Part shown: piece after piece, positions 19,329 to 29,909 of the stretch | How the letters are laid out: every line of letters starts with the position of its first letter | Position numbering within the stretch: position 1 is the stretch's first letter | Assembly: GCA_934541205.1 (NCBI GenBank) | Contig: CAKTDK010000001.1 | Coordinates: 1 to 56,466, forward strand | Reading direction: 5' to 3' | DNA length: 56,466 bases | Source of the DNA: an uncultured Eubacteriales bacterium | GTDB lineage: Bacteria; Bacillota; Clostridia; Oscillospirales; RGIG7773 | Translations under genes and position numbers: made by a program | The notes under the pieces: model-generated | What the model was told of the DNA's origin: nothing | What the model saw: the letters and a program-made list of their open reading frames with translations, nothing else | Database searches by the model: none

Positions 19329-22058
19329 ATGAAAGTTATTGAAAAGATTTTCGGCTCTTATTCAAGCAAGCAAATAAAGAAAATAATGCCTATGGTAAAT
19401 AAAGTGCTTGCTCTTGCCGATGAATATAAAAAGATTTCCGACAGTGAGCTTAAAGGAAAAACTGCGCAGTTTAAAGAAAGGCTTAAAAACGGCGAAACTT
19501 TATATGATATTTTGCCCGAAGCTTTTGCAACTGTTATAGAAGCGTCTGACAGGGTTCTTGAAATGCGTCATTTCCCTGTACAAATAATCGGCGGTATTAT
19601 TCTTCATCAGGGAAGAATTGCGGAAATGAAAACAGGCGAAGGAAAAACGCTTGTGGCTACTTTGCCTTGTTATTTAAATGCTCTTACCGAAAAGGGCGTT
19701 CATGTAGTTACAGTAAATGATTATCTTGCAAAATATCAAAGCGAATGGATGGGCAAGGTATATAAATTTTTAGGCATGAGCGTTGGTCTTGTTATTCACG
19801 GAATGAATAACAAAGAAAAGCAGGAAGCTTATAACGCAGATATAACTTACGGAACAAACAACGAATTCGGTTTTGATTATCTTCGTGACAATATGGTTAT
19901 TTATAAACAGGATATGGTTCAAAGAGGCCATAATTTTGCCATAGTGGACGAAGTTGACTCCATACTTATAGACGAAGCCAGAACACCTCTTATTATTTCG
20001 GGTGTGGGAGACAAATCAACTGACCTTTACGAAAGAGCTGACAGATTTGCAAGAACCTTAAAATATGAAAAGGTAGTTGAAGAAGATACAAAAAGTGAAG
20101 TGGAATCCGAAGCGGATTATGTTGTTGATGAAAAAGCTAAAACCGCTACGCTTACTTCAAAAGGCATAGAAAAAGCCGAAAGCTTTTTTAATGTGGAAAA
20201 CTTGGGCGACGGTGAAAATTCTACCTTGCTTCATCATATAAATCAGGCTATAAGGGCCCATGGAATAATGAAAAGAGATATCGACTACGTTGTAAGAGAA
20301 GATGGAATTATAATAGTCGATGAATTTACGGGACGTTTGATGTTCGGACGCCGTTATTCAGAGGGGCTTCATCAGGCTATTGAAGCCAAGGAAGGAGTTA
20401 TGGTTCAGCGTGAATCAAAGACTCTTGCCACAATAACTTTCCAGAATTATTTCAGGCTTTATAATAAGCTTTCCGGGATGACGGGTACCGCTCTTACTGA
20501 AGAAGCGGAATTTTCCGAGATATATTCTCTTGACGTAGTGGAAATTCCTACAAATAAACCTGTTATAAGAAAGGATTTGCCTGACTGCGTTTATAAAAAT
20601 GAAGCGGCGAAATTCAGAGCTGTTGTAAGGGATATCGAACAATGTCATGAAAAGGGACAGCCGGTGCTTGTAGGTACTATTTCTATTGAAAAGTCTGAGT
20701 ATTTAAGCAGTCTTTTAAAGAAAAAGGGTATAAAGCATCAGGTTCTTAATGCAAAAAATCATTTGAAAGAAGCTGAAATAGTCGCTCAGGCAGGTAAAAA
20801 AGGCGCTGTTACAATTGCTACCAATATGGCAGGCCGAGGTACTGACATTATGCTTGGCGGTAATGCGGAATTTATGGCAAAGGCGGATATGGCAAAGCAG
20901 GGTTATACCGATGAACAAATAATGGACGCTATAAGCTTTTTTGACACAGATGACGAAAATATAATTAATCTCAGAAAAGTATACAGAGAGCTTTATTCAA
21001 AATATAAAGAAAGCATAAAAGGCGAAGCAGAGGAAGTTAAAGCAGCCGGCGGTCTTTACATTATAGGTACTGAAAGACACGAATCACGCCGTATAGATAA
21101 CCAGCTCAGAGGCCGTGCCGGACGTCAGGGAGACCCTGGTATGTCAAGATTTTTTATATCTCTTGACGATGATTTGATGCGTTTGTTCGGCGGTGAGCGC
21201 GTTGTAAAAATCATGGAAACCTTTAATGTTGACGAGGATACTCCTATTGAACAGGGCATTTTGTCAAATTCCATAGAATCTGCTCAGAAAAAGGTTGAGG
21301 GTAGAAACTTCCAGTCCAGAAAACATGTTTTAATGTATGACGATGTTATGAATAAACAGCGTGAGCTTATTTATAAACAGCGCCGTGAAGTTCTTGAAGG
21401 CGAAAGCATGAAAGAACAGATAAGAAAAATGCTTGAAGATACCATTGTAAATATTATCGCAAAGCATACCACCGAAGAGGAAATCCCTGATGACTGGGAT
21501 TTAAAAGGCCTTTTGCAGGAGCTTGAAGGAGTATTTATAAAAAAAGGCGAAATAGAATTTTCTTTTGAAGATTTAAATGATATGACAAAGAAGTCTTTGA
21601 CTGATATGATTCTTGAAAAAGCTTTTGCTATGTATGATAAAAAGGAAGAGGAATTTACTTCCGATATTATGCGTGAGCTTGAAAGAGTTGTTCTTTTAAA
21701 AACTGTCGACAGCTATTGGATGGATCATATTGACGCAATGGACGAATTAAGACGCGGTATAGGCCTTCGCGCTTACGGACAGAGAGATCCTGTTGTAGAA
21801 TATAGATTTGAAGGCTTTGACATGTTTGAAAATATGATAAATGAAATCAAACACGATACTGTGTTTACAATAATGAGAGCTCAGCTTAACAAAGACGCTT
21901 TGCAGCGTAAAAAAGTAGCTGAAGAAACAAATTCGGTGCATGGCGACGGAACAGTAAAAAAACAAGTGATAAGACGAGTAAATCAAGTGGGAAGAAATTC
22001 TCCTTGTCCTTGTGGCAGCGGTAAAAAATATAAAAGATGCTGCGGCGCCGACGAATAA
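19329..22058 (+). CDS. secA: Preprotein translocase ATPase SecA
   Basis: 909 aa with [14 protein letters not shown], the [22 protein letters not shown] motor and the C-terminal zinc motif [14 protein letters not shown]. Confidence 0.97.
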   Translation: MKVIEKIFGSYSSKQIKKIMPMVNKVLALADEYKKISDSELKGKTAQFKERLKNGETLYDILPEAFATVIEASDRVLEMRHFPVQIIGGIILHQGRIAEMKTGEGKTLVATLPCYLNALTEKGVHVVTVNDYLAKYQSEWMGKVYKFLGMSVGLVIHGMNNKEKQEAYNADITYGTNNEFGFDYLRDNMVIYKQDMVQRGHNFAIVDEVDSILIDEARTPLIISGVGDKSTDLYERADRFARTLKYEKVVEEDTKSEVESEADYVVDEKAKTATLTSKGIEKAESFFNVENLGDGENSTLLHHINQAIRAHGIMKRDIDYVVREDGIIIVDEFTGRLMFGRRYSEGLHQAIEAKEGVMVQRESKTLATITFQNYFRLYNKLSGMTGTALTEEAEFSEIYSLDVVEIPTNKPVIRKDLPDCVYKNEAAKFRAVVRDIEQCHEKGQPVLVGTISIEKSEYLSSLLKKKGIKHQVLNAKNHLKEAEIVAQAGKKGAVTIATNMAGRGTDIMLGGNAEFMAKADMAKQGYTDEQIMDAISFFDTDDENIINLRKVYRELYSKYKESIKGEAEEVKAAGGLYIIGTERHESRRIDNQLRGRAGRQGDPGMSRFFISLDDDLMRLFGGERVVKIMETFNVDEDTPIEQGILSNSIESAQKKVEGRNFQSRKHVLMYDDVMNKQRELIYKQRREVLEGESMKEQIRKMLEDTIVNIIAKHTTEEEIPDDWDLKGLLQELEGVFIKKGEIEFSFEDLNDMTKKSLTDMILEKAFAMYDKKEEEFTSDIMRELERVVLLKTVDSYWMDHIDAMDELRRGIGLRAYGQRDPVVEYRFEGFDMFENMINEIKHDTVFTIMRAQLNKDALQRKKVAEETNSVHGDGTVKKQVIRRVNQVGRNSPCPCGSGKKYKRCCGADE

Positions 22059-22087
22059 AATAATTAAAATTTAAATATCACAAAAAA

Positions 22088-22135
22088 GCACCTTCTATGG
22101 TAGAATGAAATAACTACCGCAGAGGGTGCCTTTTT
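22088..22135 (+). terminator. Rho-independent terminator after secA
   Basis: Imperfect 16-bp stem gcaccttctatggtag / ctaccgcagagggtgc followed by a T-run. Confidence 0.6.
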
Positions 22136-22217
22136 ATGATGTCCGTACTAAACTGGGGCTAAAATAGCTGTTTTTATGATAATTACTCTTTTGTTATAAA
22201 ATGTTCTGTATAATTAT

Positions 22218-22633
22218 TTATATTAACATAAAAGAAGGGTATACTGTAATATGTTTTAATTTATTTATGGAAATCCAGTCTAAAACAACATTGCAGTTAT
22301 CTTTTTGTGGAAAAAATGTTGTTGTCCGGAATATTACTGTTTTCACATAATTTTATTAAATAATAAAATGCAATTGTATTTGCCTTTTTATTATTCCAGG
22401 TCTAGAAATATTCTTCTGTCCAAACAAGGTTTGAACATATTATACCAGCTCCTGTTTCTTCCTTAAATTCTCTTATCAATGCGTTGGATGAATTTAACAT
22501 GACCTCCCGGAAGCGCATATTTAAAGCCGGTTTTTTCGCGCTGTAACAGAATCTTATTATTTTTTATCAGTATTCCTGCACTTCTTAAATTGCATATAAA
22601 TTCTTCATCTTTAAAAAGCTAGTCTTTTTCCAT
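22218..22633 (-). pseudogene. Decayed NUDIX hydrolase gene
   Basis: Manual translation gives MEKD(TAG)LFKDEEFICNLRSAGILIKNNKILLQREKTGFKYALPGGHVKF. After a frameshift it continues NSSNALIREFKEETGAGIICSNLVWTEEYF(TAG)TWNNKKANTIAFYYLIKLCENSNIPDNNIFSTK. After a second frameshift it ends DNCNVVLDWISINKL. A NUDIX-box remnant REFKEETG is present. No ORF of 60 aa or more is listed here in the track. Confidence 0.6.
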
Positions 22634-22810
22634 AATATATTCCTTCTGATATTAATGTATTTTAATTATAATATGTGAATTATTCAAAGACAATATTTAA
22701 AGTCGTTTTGTCGCAGTATTTTACTGATTTTTTGTCTAATATTTACTTGATATTGAATTTAAGGATTGTTAATTATATAATCCACATAAAAAACATATGG
22801 AGAGATAAAA

Positions 22811-23362
22811 ATGAAACGTGTATTGATACTTGGAGATTCAATTTCCATAAGCTACAGAGAAAAAGTGAAAGAAAAATTAAAGGGACTTTGTGAGGTTGTT
22901 TTTCCCGAAGAAAACGGACAATTTACATATTATACATTGTGGGCACTGCATATCTGGATAAAACAGCTTGGAAAACCTGATATAGTTCATTGGAATAACG
23001 GGCTTTGGGATACTCATCATGAGCCGCCGAGAGTTGAAGCTCTTACGCCCATAAACGTATATGAGGAAAATCTCAGAAGAATAATCACAGAGCTGAGAAG
23101 ATATGACAATCCTCAGATAATTTGGGCGAGCACTATACCTGCTCATTATAATTTTAAAGAAAGAAGCAATTATGAAATAGATCAGTATAATGCGGCTGCG
23201 GCAAAAGTTATGAAAGAGGAAAATATTCCTGTAAATGATCTTCATTCCCTTATAAAGAAAGATATAGGAGGATACATATGTGAAGATATGGTTCATTTGA
23301 CTGAAGAAGCGGCCGAACTTTGCGCTCAGCAGGTGGCTGATACAATAAAAAAATACCTTTAA
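22811..23362 (+). CDS. SGNH/GDSL family hydrolase
   Basis: 183 aa. Block I VLILGDSIS and block V DMVHLTEEA. Confidence 0.8.
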   Translation: MKRVLILGDSISISYREKVKEKLKGLCEVVFPEENGQFTYYTLWALHIWIKQLGKPDIVHWNNGLWDTHHEPPRVEALTPINVYEENLRRIITELRRYDNPQIIWASTIPAHYNFKERSNYEIDQYNAAAAKVMKEENIPVNDLHSLIKKDIGGYICEDMVHLTEEAAELCAQQVADTIKKYL

Positions 23363-23400
23363 TATGATTTGGTTTTAAAATATATTTTTTTATTTATTTT

Positions 23401-23437
23401 TCAAGACGATTTTAAAAAATCGTCTTGAAATTTTTTT
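23401..23437 (+). terminator. Rho-independent terminator
   Basis: tcaagacgatt / aatcgtcttga stem followed by a T-run. Confidence 0.7.
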
Positions 23438-23492
23438 ATAAAAGTGATATATTGATAAATGTAATAGTATAAATACAATAATACAAAAAAGG

Positions 23493-26400
23493 ATGGTGTC
23501 AAAATTGAAAAGAATTTTTTCTGCAATACTTGTCGTATGCATGATTTTTTCTGCTATGGCAAGCATGTCAGTTCATGTTTTTGCAGCAGATACTTCTTCT
23601 CCGAGAAATATCTTCTATGCAAAATATATTGGTGAACTTGACGGAGAAGAATATGAAGGCCAAAAACCGACCATTGACGGTATCATTAATGCTGATGAGT
23701 GGGTTGAAAGTGATTTTCAGGGCTGGCCGAAAGATGATAATCATAAAATAGCTTTTTATTATGATGAAACCGATCTTTATGTCGGCGTAAAAATCAAAAA
23801 TGAGGAGATTAATATTCCTTGGTATCCGAATTATTGGTGGGTAGCAACTGAGAGATTCGAATTATGGATAGATCCGTACGATGAAGCAATGACTCCTGAT
23901 GATGGCGCAAAATATTTTTTGAATTTTTGTACTCAGTACGCTGAAGGAAAACCAGGCGGAAACGGAAGCTACGGAACTTATCTTTTTGAAACTCAGAATG
24001 TTGGAGTAGAAGTTCCTCCTCTTTTAAACTATTATTCATATGAAAGCGTATCCAATATGGATACTATATTCAACAACTGGATTGCGGAATTAACTCCTGA
24101 AAAACCCGAAGATTATATTACTTATGAGGGTGATAAACCTTGGGGTATGGAAACTCCAAACGGAGAATGGACTTTTGAATATAAAATTCCTTTTGGTATA
24201 ATGAACATTTTGAGCGTTGAGGATGATATACAGGTTACCGATACTGAAGAATACGGAACTTACATTACATTCAGCGGATGGTATGTGGAATCAGGCAAAT
24301 CCGTTAAAGAAAATGTCATTAACAATATTTATAAACAAGACGAAGTTAATGTTATAAATACAATGGTTTCCGGTAATATGAGAAATTCATGGAACTTTGC
24401 AGCTACATATTTCTCACATGCAAGACCTGGTCAAAAACCTGATAATCCTGATTCAAAATCTTTAGGAGATATTAACCCGTCAGGTGAAGCAGAAAGAACA
24501 GCCGAAGAAGCAGACGGAGCAGCAAAAGAAGCAGTAGCTGCAGCTCCGAGAATCGACGGTAAACTTGACGACAACGCTTGGGATTTAAAGAAAATGGTTT
24601 CAACAAACCCGAGCAATGAATTTGATTCATACTATGATATACAGTGGGATGCAAACTATCTGTATATAGCTGTGGATACGGGAGATACATCGGTAACAAC
24701 TCCTGAAGCAATAGATTTTGAAAATCTTAATAAGATTGAAAATCCGGCATCTTATGATTTTGTAAGATTAGACATAGATCCAACATCTTCAAGACAGTCT
24801 ATAGATGTTGCGGACAGAGCGTTTTCAATTTATCTTCCTAGAGCAGCAGCAGGAGAAGAAGAATATGCTATAGCAATGTCGGGTGTAAACTGGGGTACTG
24901 CTGATTTCAAAAAAGGCCTTGTTTACAATGCTGATATGAAAGTAAAATATACAAATGCATTAACAGAAGGCGAAAGCTGGAAAGCAGAAATCGCTATTCC
25001 GTGGTCTATGTTTGATAAAGAAGAAGATAAACTTTTCCCAGATTCAGGAAATAAAGCAGATTTCTACGGTAAAGATGTTGAAGTATTTGTTGCATATTCA
25101 AATTCATACGGAAAAACTGAAATAGTGGAAAAAGAAGTAGTATCCGGAGAAGAAATCGTATATGTAACTGCTGAAGAAACTACTTATACTGCTCTTTATA
25201 ACAGCAGTGTTGACGGCGCTGTGGGAATGCCTTACAGATATCCATTCTTAAGAATGGTAGAAGATGCAGGAGAATACAGCAAAACAGTAACAGATAAAAC
25301 AGTAAGTTACAAAGCAGATACAAAATATCTGGAACAGAATACGTATGCATTGATATATAATTTTGACGGAACAGGATATGATAAAGCAGAAGTAGAAATC
25401 CCTGTAACATCATTGAACAGACAGAATTATACATCATACTATATCAATATGGATGATGGAATAAGAGTAGAAATCCCGTCAGGCTTGGTTACAAATAATC
25501 TTATCAAAGAAGATAAAGATGTAAGCAAAACAGATAAAGTTGTATTTACAGTATCAAAAACAAGTGCGCCGGAAGGAACAGAAGAGTTCTACTACCCGGA
25601 AGTAACATTTACAATGAAAGTAAACGGAAAGACAGTAAATCCAGAAACACCAGTGAAGATAACATATCCGCTTGATATAGAAGTACCGACAACAGAGTAT
25701 GAAGCGTATAAACTTCAGTTAAAGGATGAAGAAGGAGAAATCTATCCGTTATCAAATGTAAAATTCACAGACAGATACGGAATAACAGTAAATCCTGAAA
25801 CAAATACAGAAACAGAAAAATGCATAGAAAGAAGCTATGTAGTAAAAACAACGCTAAGCGGAGTATACAGCATGGTAGAAAACATGAAAACAGCAGGAGA
25901 TATAGAAGGCTGGTATAAACCGTTTGTAGAAAAAGTAATGAAAACAGGATTGATGAAGGGATACGACGAAGGCGGAATCATCTTCAAACCGACGCAGAAC
26001 ATAAGCAGAGCAGAGGTAGCAACGCTGGTAATGAGAATAACGCAGAAATCAGTGAATATAGATGAAGAAAACTTAGAGAAATTCAGCGATGTAGGAGAAA
26101 ATGACTGGTACAAGACAATGGTATACAGAGCAAAGACATTGGGCTATGTATCAGGAACAGGAAATGGAAAATTCGAACCTATGACGCCGATAACAAGAGG
26201 AGATTTCTTCACATTGATAGAAAGAGCGTTGACAAAGATGGATATCAAGTTCAATGAATTGGATCATGCAGGATTCTCACAAACATTTAGAGATACAGAT
26301 TACAATATGTTTAGTGAAAGTATGGGTGGAAGATATTCGTACGCGTATGCAGGAGCAGTATTCTGTTATTCAAACGGATTGGCAACAGGATCAACAGAGC

Positions 26401-26510
26401 CGGACGGAAAGACATATATGAGACCGGAAAGACCAATAACAAGAGGAGAGATATCCAAGTTGGTAGCGGTATTAATGGATGATTTTATAGTTCCGCAGGC
26501 AAATAAATAA
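23493..26510 (+). CDS. Secreted cell-wall protein, two CBM9/DOMON-like modules plus three C-terminal SLH repeats (paralogue A)
   Basis: 1005 aa with a signal peptide. PTIDGIINADEW and APRIDGKLDDNAWDL are typical of CBM9-like modules. SLH repeats include GWYKPFVEKVMKTGLMKGY and FSDVGENDWYKTMVYRAKTLGYVSG. The true start may be TTG at 23505, 6 nt after GGATGGTG. Confidence 0.85.
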   Translation: MVSKLKRIFSAILVVCMIFSAMASMSVHVFAADTSSPRNIFYAKYIGELDGEEYEGQKPTIDGIINADEWVESDFQGWPKDDNHKIAFYYDETDLYVGVKIKNEEINIPWYPNYWWVATERFELWIDPYDEAMTPDDGAKYFLNFCTQYAEGKPGGNGSYGTYLFETQNVGVEVPPLLNYYSYESVSNMDTIFNNWIAELTPEKPEDYITYEGDKPWGMETPNGEWTFEYKIPFGIMNILSVEDDIQVTDTEEYGTYITFSGWYVESGKSVKENVINNIYKQDEVNVINTMVSGNMRNSWNFAATYFSHARPGQKPDNPDSKSLGDINPSGEAERTAEEADGAAKEAVAAAPRIDGKLDDNAWDLKKMVSTNPSNEFDSYYDIQWDANYLYIAVDTGDTSVTTPEAIDFENLNKIENPASYDFVRLDIDPTSSRQSIDVADRAFSIYLPRAAAGEEEYAIAMSGVNWGTADFKKGLVYNADMKVKYTNALTEGESWKAEIAIPWSMFDKEEDKLFPDSGNKADFYGKDVEVFVAYSNSYGKTEIVEKEVVSGEEIVYVTAEETTYTALYNSSVDGAVGMPYRYPFLRMVEDAGEYSKTVTDKTVSYKADTKYLEQNTYALIYNFDGTGYDKAEVEIPVTSLNRQNYTSYYINMDDGIRVEIPSGLVTNNLIKEDKDVSKTDKVVFTVSKTSAPEGTEEFYYPEVTFTMKVNGKTVNPETPVKITYPLDIEVPTTEYEAYKLQLKDEEGEIYPLSNVKFTDRYGITVNPETNTETEKCIERSYVVKTTLSGVYSMVENMKTAGDIEGWYKPFVEKVMKTGLMKGYDEGGIIFKPTQNISRAEVATLVMRITQKSVNIDEENLEKFSDVGENDWYKTMVYRAKTLGYVSGTGNGKFEPMTPITRGDFFTLIERALTKMDIKFNELDHAGFSQTFRDTDYNMFSESMGGRYSYAYAGAVFCYSNGLATGSTEPDGKTYMRPERPITRGEISKLVAVLMDDFIVPQANK

Positions 26511-26560
26511 TAAAGAATTAAAACAGATGCACTTTTGTGCATCTGTTTTTTTGTAATATA
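25238..26560 (+). repeat. Copy 1 of a ~1.32-kb exact direct repeat (3' part of paralogue A plus its terminator)
   Basis: The last ~424 codons, the stop and ~50 nt of 3' flank match 28477-29799 at offset 3239. Sense and antisense track ORF translations are identical in the two copies (for example 25835-26113 equals 29074-29352). Confidence 0.85.
26520..26552 (+). terminator. Rho-independent terminator (inside the repeat)
   Basis: aaacagatgcac tttt gtgcatctgttt followed by a T-run. Confidence 0.75.
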
Positions 26561-26728
26561 TACAAAAAATTTGTTTTTACAAGAAAAAATGCCCTTAATA
26601 TATTGTTAATAATGCACAAAAATTCAGTTTGTTATTTGTGACTTTATATGAAAAAGTTTTTTGTATAAAAATATGGTTGAGAAGTATAAGAAATTGAGGT
26701 ATAATTTCTATGCAATAAAAAATTTAGG

Positions 26729-29700
26729 ATGGTGAATAAATTGAAGAGATTACTTTCAGCTTTATTGGTTATATGTTTTGTTGTTGCTGCATTCAGCACA
26801 GTTACAATAACCGCAAGCGCTTCACTTGATACGCCTGATCATACCTTTTTCATAAAGTATATCGGTGAACTTGACGGTGAAGAATATGAGGGCGTAAAAC
26901 CTACAATTGATGGTTTCATCAATGATAACGAGTGGAAAGAGAGCGATTTTAAAGTTTGGCCTAAATATGAAGGCGGACAGATTGCGATGTATTACGATGA
27001 AGAAAATGTGTATATCGCTGTAAAACTTGATAATGAAAGAATAGACGTTCCTTTTTATCCAAGCTATGACTGGGGCGGACAGGACAGACTTTTATTTTGG
27101 ATAGATCCTCAGGATCTTTCAGATGCTGTAGGCCCTGTTGGTGAACAGTATCAGGGATATTTTATGGAATTTTATTCTCAGTTTGCAGGCTCAAATGGGG
27201 TAAACGGATCTGATCTTCTTGAAAGAAATCTTGGTGCCGATGCTCAGCCTCAGTTAAACTATTATGATTATTCTTGCGCTACCAATATGGATAAGCAGTT
27301 TGCAGATTGGGTAGCAGAATTAACTCCTGAACTTCCTGAAGAAGTTATCACTTTTGAAGCTGATGGAAGACCTTGGGGTATGGAAACTCCAAACGGAGAA
27401 TGGACTTTGGAATATCAGATTCCTTTAGGACTTATGGGAATTATGGAAGATCCCACTGTTACTGATGCTGAAGAATTCGGTGATTATATTACATTCAGCG
27501 GATGGTATCAGGAATCAGGCGCTTCTACAAAAGATAATGTTGTAAATGATATTTATCATATAGATAATGTAAATGTAAAACAGTATTACTTAGCAGGAAA
27601 TTTCAGAAATTCGTGGAACTTTGCAAGAGGATATTTCTCACATGCAAGACCGGGTGAAAAAGCTGATAATCCTAATGAAAAAGCGTTAGGCGATATTAAC
27701 CCGTCAGGTGAAGCAGAAAGAACAGCCGAAGAAGCAGACGGAACAGCAAAAGAAGCAGTAGCTTCAGCTCCGAGAATCGACGGTAAACTTGACGACAGCG
27801 CTTGGGATTTAAAGAAAATGGCTTTGACAAGCGTAAGCAATGAATTTGATTCATACTATGATATACAGTGGGATGCAAACTATCTGTATATAGCGGTAGA
27901 TACAGGAGATACATCAGTAACAACTCCTGAAGCAATAGATTTTGATTCACTTAACAGCACAACAAATCCAATAAATCCGGCTTCTTATGATTTTGTAAGA
28001 TTAGATGTGGATCCAAGTGCTTCAAGAAAATCTATAGATGTTGCGGACAGAGCATTTTCAATTTATCTTCCAAGAGCGGCAGCCGGAGAAGAAGAATATT
28101 ATATAGCAATGTCAGGTGTAAACTGGGGCGCTGCTGACTTTAAACGCGGACTTCAGAACGGCGCAGATTCAGGCATGAAAGTAAAATACACAAACGCTAT
28201 GTCTGATACTGAAAGCTGGAAAGCAGAAATTGCTATCCCGTGGACAATGTTCTCAAGAAGCGCATATGAAGATCTATTGCCTACAACAGGAAATAAAGCA
28301 GATTTCTATGGTAAAAATGTAGCTGTATCCGTTGGATATTCAAATACAATGAGTTCAACCGGAATAATAGAAGAAGAAATCGTATCCGGAGAAGAAATCA
28401 TATATGTAACTTCCGAAGGTACTACTTATTATCCGGTTTATAATAATCAGACAACTGATATTGGTGTTGCTTTCAAATATCCATTCTTAAGAATGGTAGA
28501 AGATGCAGGAGAATACAGCAAAACAGTAACAGATAAAACAGTAAGTTACAAAGCAGATACAAAATATCTGGAACAGAATACGTATGCATTGATATATAAT
28601 TTTGACGGAACAGGATATGATAAAGCAGAAGTAGAAATCCCTGTAACATCATTGAACAGACAGAATTATACATCATACTATATCAATATGGATGATGGAA
28701 TAAGAGTAGAAATCCCGTCAGGCTTGGTTACAAATAATCTTATCAAAGAAGATAAAGATGTAAGCAAAACAGATAAAGTTGTATTTACAGTATCAAAAAC
28801 AAGTGCGCCGGAAGGAACAGAAGAGTTCTACTACCCGGAAGTAACATTTACAATGAAAGTAAACGGAAAGACAGTAAATCCAGAAACACCAGTGAAGATA
28901 ACATATCCGCTTGATATAGAAGTACCGACAACAGAGTATGAAGCGTATAAACTTCAGTTAAAGGATGAAGAAGGAGAAATCTATCCGTTATCAAATGTAA
29001 AATTCACAGACAGATACGGAATAACAGTAAATCCTGAAACAAATACAGAAACAGAAAAATGCATAGAAAGAAGCTATGTAGTAAAAACAACGCTAAGCGG
29101 AGTATACAGCATGGTAGAAAACATGAAAACAGCAGGAGATATAGAAGGCTGGTATAAACCGTTTGTAGAAAAAGTAATGAAAACAGGATTGATGAAGGGA
29201 TACGACGAAGGCGGAATCATCTTCAAACCGACGCAGAACATAAGCAGAGCAGAGGTAGCAACGCTGGTAATGAGAATAACGCAGAAATCAGTGAATATAG
29301 ATGAAGAAAACTTAGAGAAATTCAGCGATGTAGGAGAAAATGACTGGTACAAGACAATGGTATACAGAGCAAAGACATTGGGCTATGTATCAGGAACAGG
29401 AAATGGAAAATTCGAACCTATGACGCCGATAACAAGAGGAGATTTCTTCACATTGATAGAAAGAGCGTTGACAAAGATGGATATCAAGTTCAATGAATTG
29501 GATCATGCAGGATTCTCACAAACATTTAGAGATACAGATTACAATATGTTTAGTGAAAGTATGGGTGGAAGATATTCGTACGCGTATGCAGGAGCAGTAT
29601 TCTGTTATTCAAACGGATTGGCAACAGGATCAACAGAGCCGGACGGAAAGACATATATGAGACCGGAAAGACCAATAACAAGAGGAGAGATATCCAAGTT

Positions 29701-29749
29701 GGTAGCGGTATTAATGGATGATTTTATAGTTCCGCAGGCAAATAAATAA
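26729..29749 (+). CDS. Secreted cell-wall protein, CBM9-like modules plus SLH repeats (paralogue B)
   Basis: 1006 aa with the same architecture as paralogue A. The N-terminal ~580 aa are diverged and the C-terminal ~424 aa are identical. TTG at 26741 is the likely start. Confidence 0.85.
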   Translation: MVNKLKRLLSALLVICFVVAAFSTVTITASASLDTPDHTFFIKYIGELDGEEYEGVKPTIDGFINDNEWKESDFKVWPKYEGGQIAMYYDEENVYIAVKLDNERIDVPFYPSYDWGGQDRLLFWIDPQDLSDAVGPVGEQYQGYFMEFYSQFAGSNGVNGSDLLERNLGADAQPQLNYYDYSCATNMDKQFADWVAELTPELPEEVITFEADGRPWGMETPNGEWTLEYQIPLGLMGIMEDPTVTDAEEFGDYITFSGWYQESGASTKDNVVNDIYHIDNVNVKQYYLAGNFRNSWNFARGYFSHARPGEKADNPNEKALGDINPSGEAERTAEEADGTAKEAVASAPRIDGKLDDSAWDLKKMALTSVSNEFDSYYDIQWDANYLYIAVDTGDTSVTTPEAIDFDSLNSTTNPINPASYDFVRLDVDPSASRKSIDVADRAFSIYLPRAAAGEEEYYIAMSGVNWGAADFKRGLQNGADSGMKVKYTNAMSDTESWKAEIAIPWTMFSRSAYEDLLPTTGNKADFYGKNVAVSVGYSNTMSSTGIIEEEIVSGEEIIYVTSEGTTYYPVYNNQTTDIGVAFKYPFLRMVEDAGEYSKTVTDKTVSYKADTKYLEQNTYALIYNFDGTGYDKAEVEIPVTSLNRQNYTSYYINMDDGIRVEIPSGLVTNNLIKEDKDVSKTDKVVFTVSKTSAPEGTEEFYYPEVTFTMKVNGKTVNPETPVKITYPLDIEVPTTEYEAYKLQLKDEEGEIYPLSNVKFTDRYGITVNPETNTETEKCIERSYVVKTTLSGVYSMVENMKTAGDIEGWYKPFVEKVMKTGLMKGYDEGGIIFKPTQNISRAEVATLVMRITQKSVNIDEENLEKFSDVGENDWYKTMVYRAKTLGYVSGTGNGKFEPMTPITRGDFFTLIERALTKMDIKFNELDHAGFSQTFRDTDYNMFSESMGGRYSYAYAGAVFCYSNGLATGSTEPDGKTYMRPERPITRGEISKLVAVLMDDFIVPQANK

Positions 29750-29799
29750 TAAAGAATTAAAACAGATGCACTTTTGTGCATCTGTTTTTTTGTAATATA
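28477..29799 (+). repeat. Copy 2 of the ~1.32-kb exact direct repeat
   Basis: See copy 1. The first mismatches flanking the tract are at 25237/28476 and 26561/29800. Confidence 0.85.
29759..29791 (+). terminator. Rho-independent terminator (repeat copy)
   Basis: Same hairpin as 26520-26552. Confidence 0.75.
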
Positions 29800-29909
29800 G
29801 ATATAAAAATATATTGTAAAGACTTTATATTTATAATAATGGTATATTGAATAAAATTTTTTTCAAATATATAATAGTAATATCTATATTTGAAAGGGAT
29901 TTTTTATAT

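Noticed and set aside
22402-22620. Two in-frame TAG codons as possible pyrrolysine or readthrough sites in the NUDIX gene
   Set aside because: The same gene also carries two frameshifts, and no pyl genes or context are seen. Simple decay is the parsimonious reading.
24468-27950. Diversity-generating retroelement (template/variable repeat) explanation for the SLH paralogue similarity
   Set aside because: There is no reverse transcriptase in the window, and the differences in the near-identical island are not adenine-specific.
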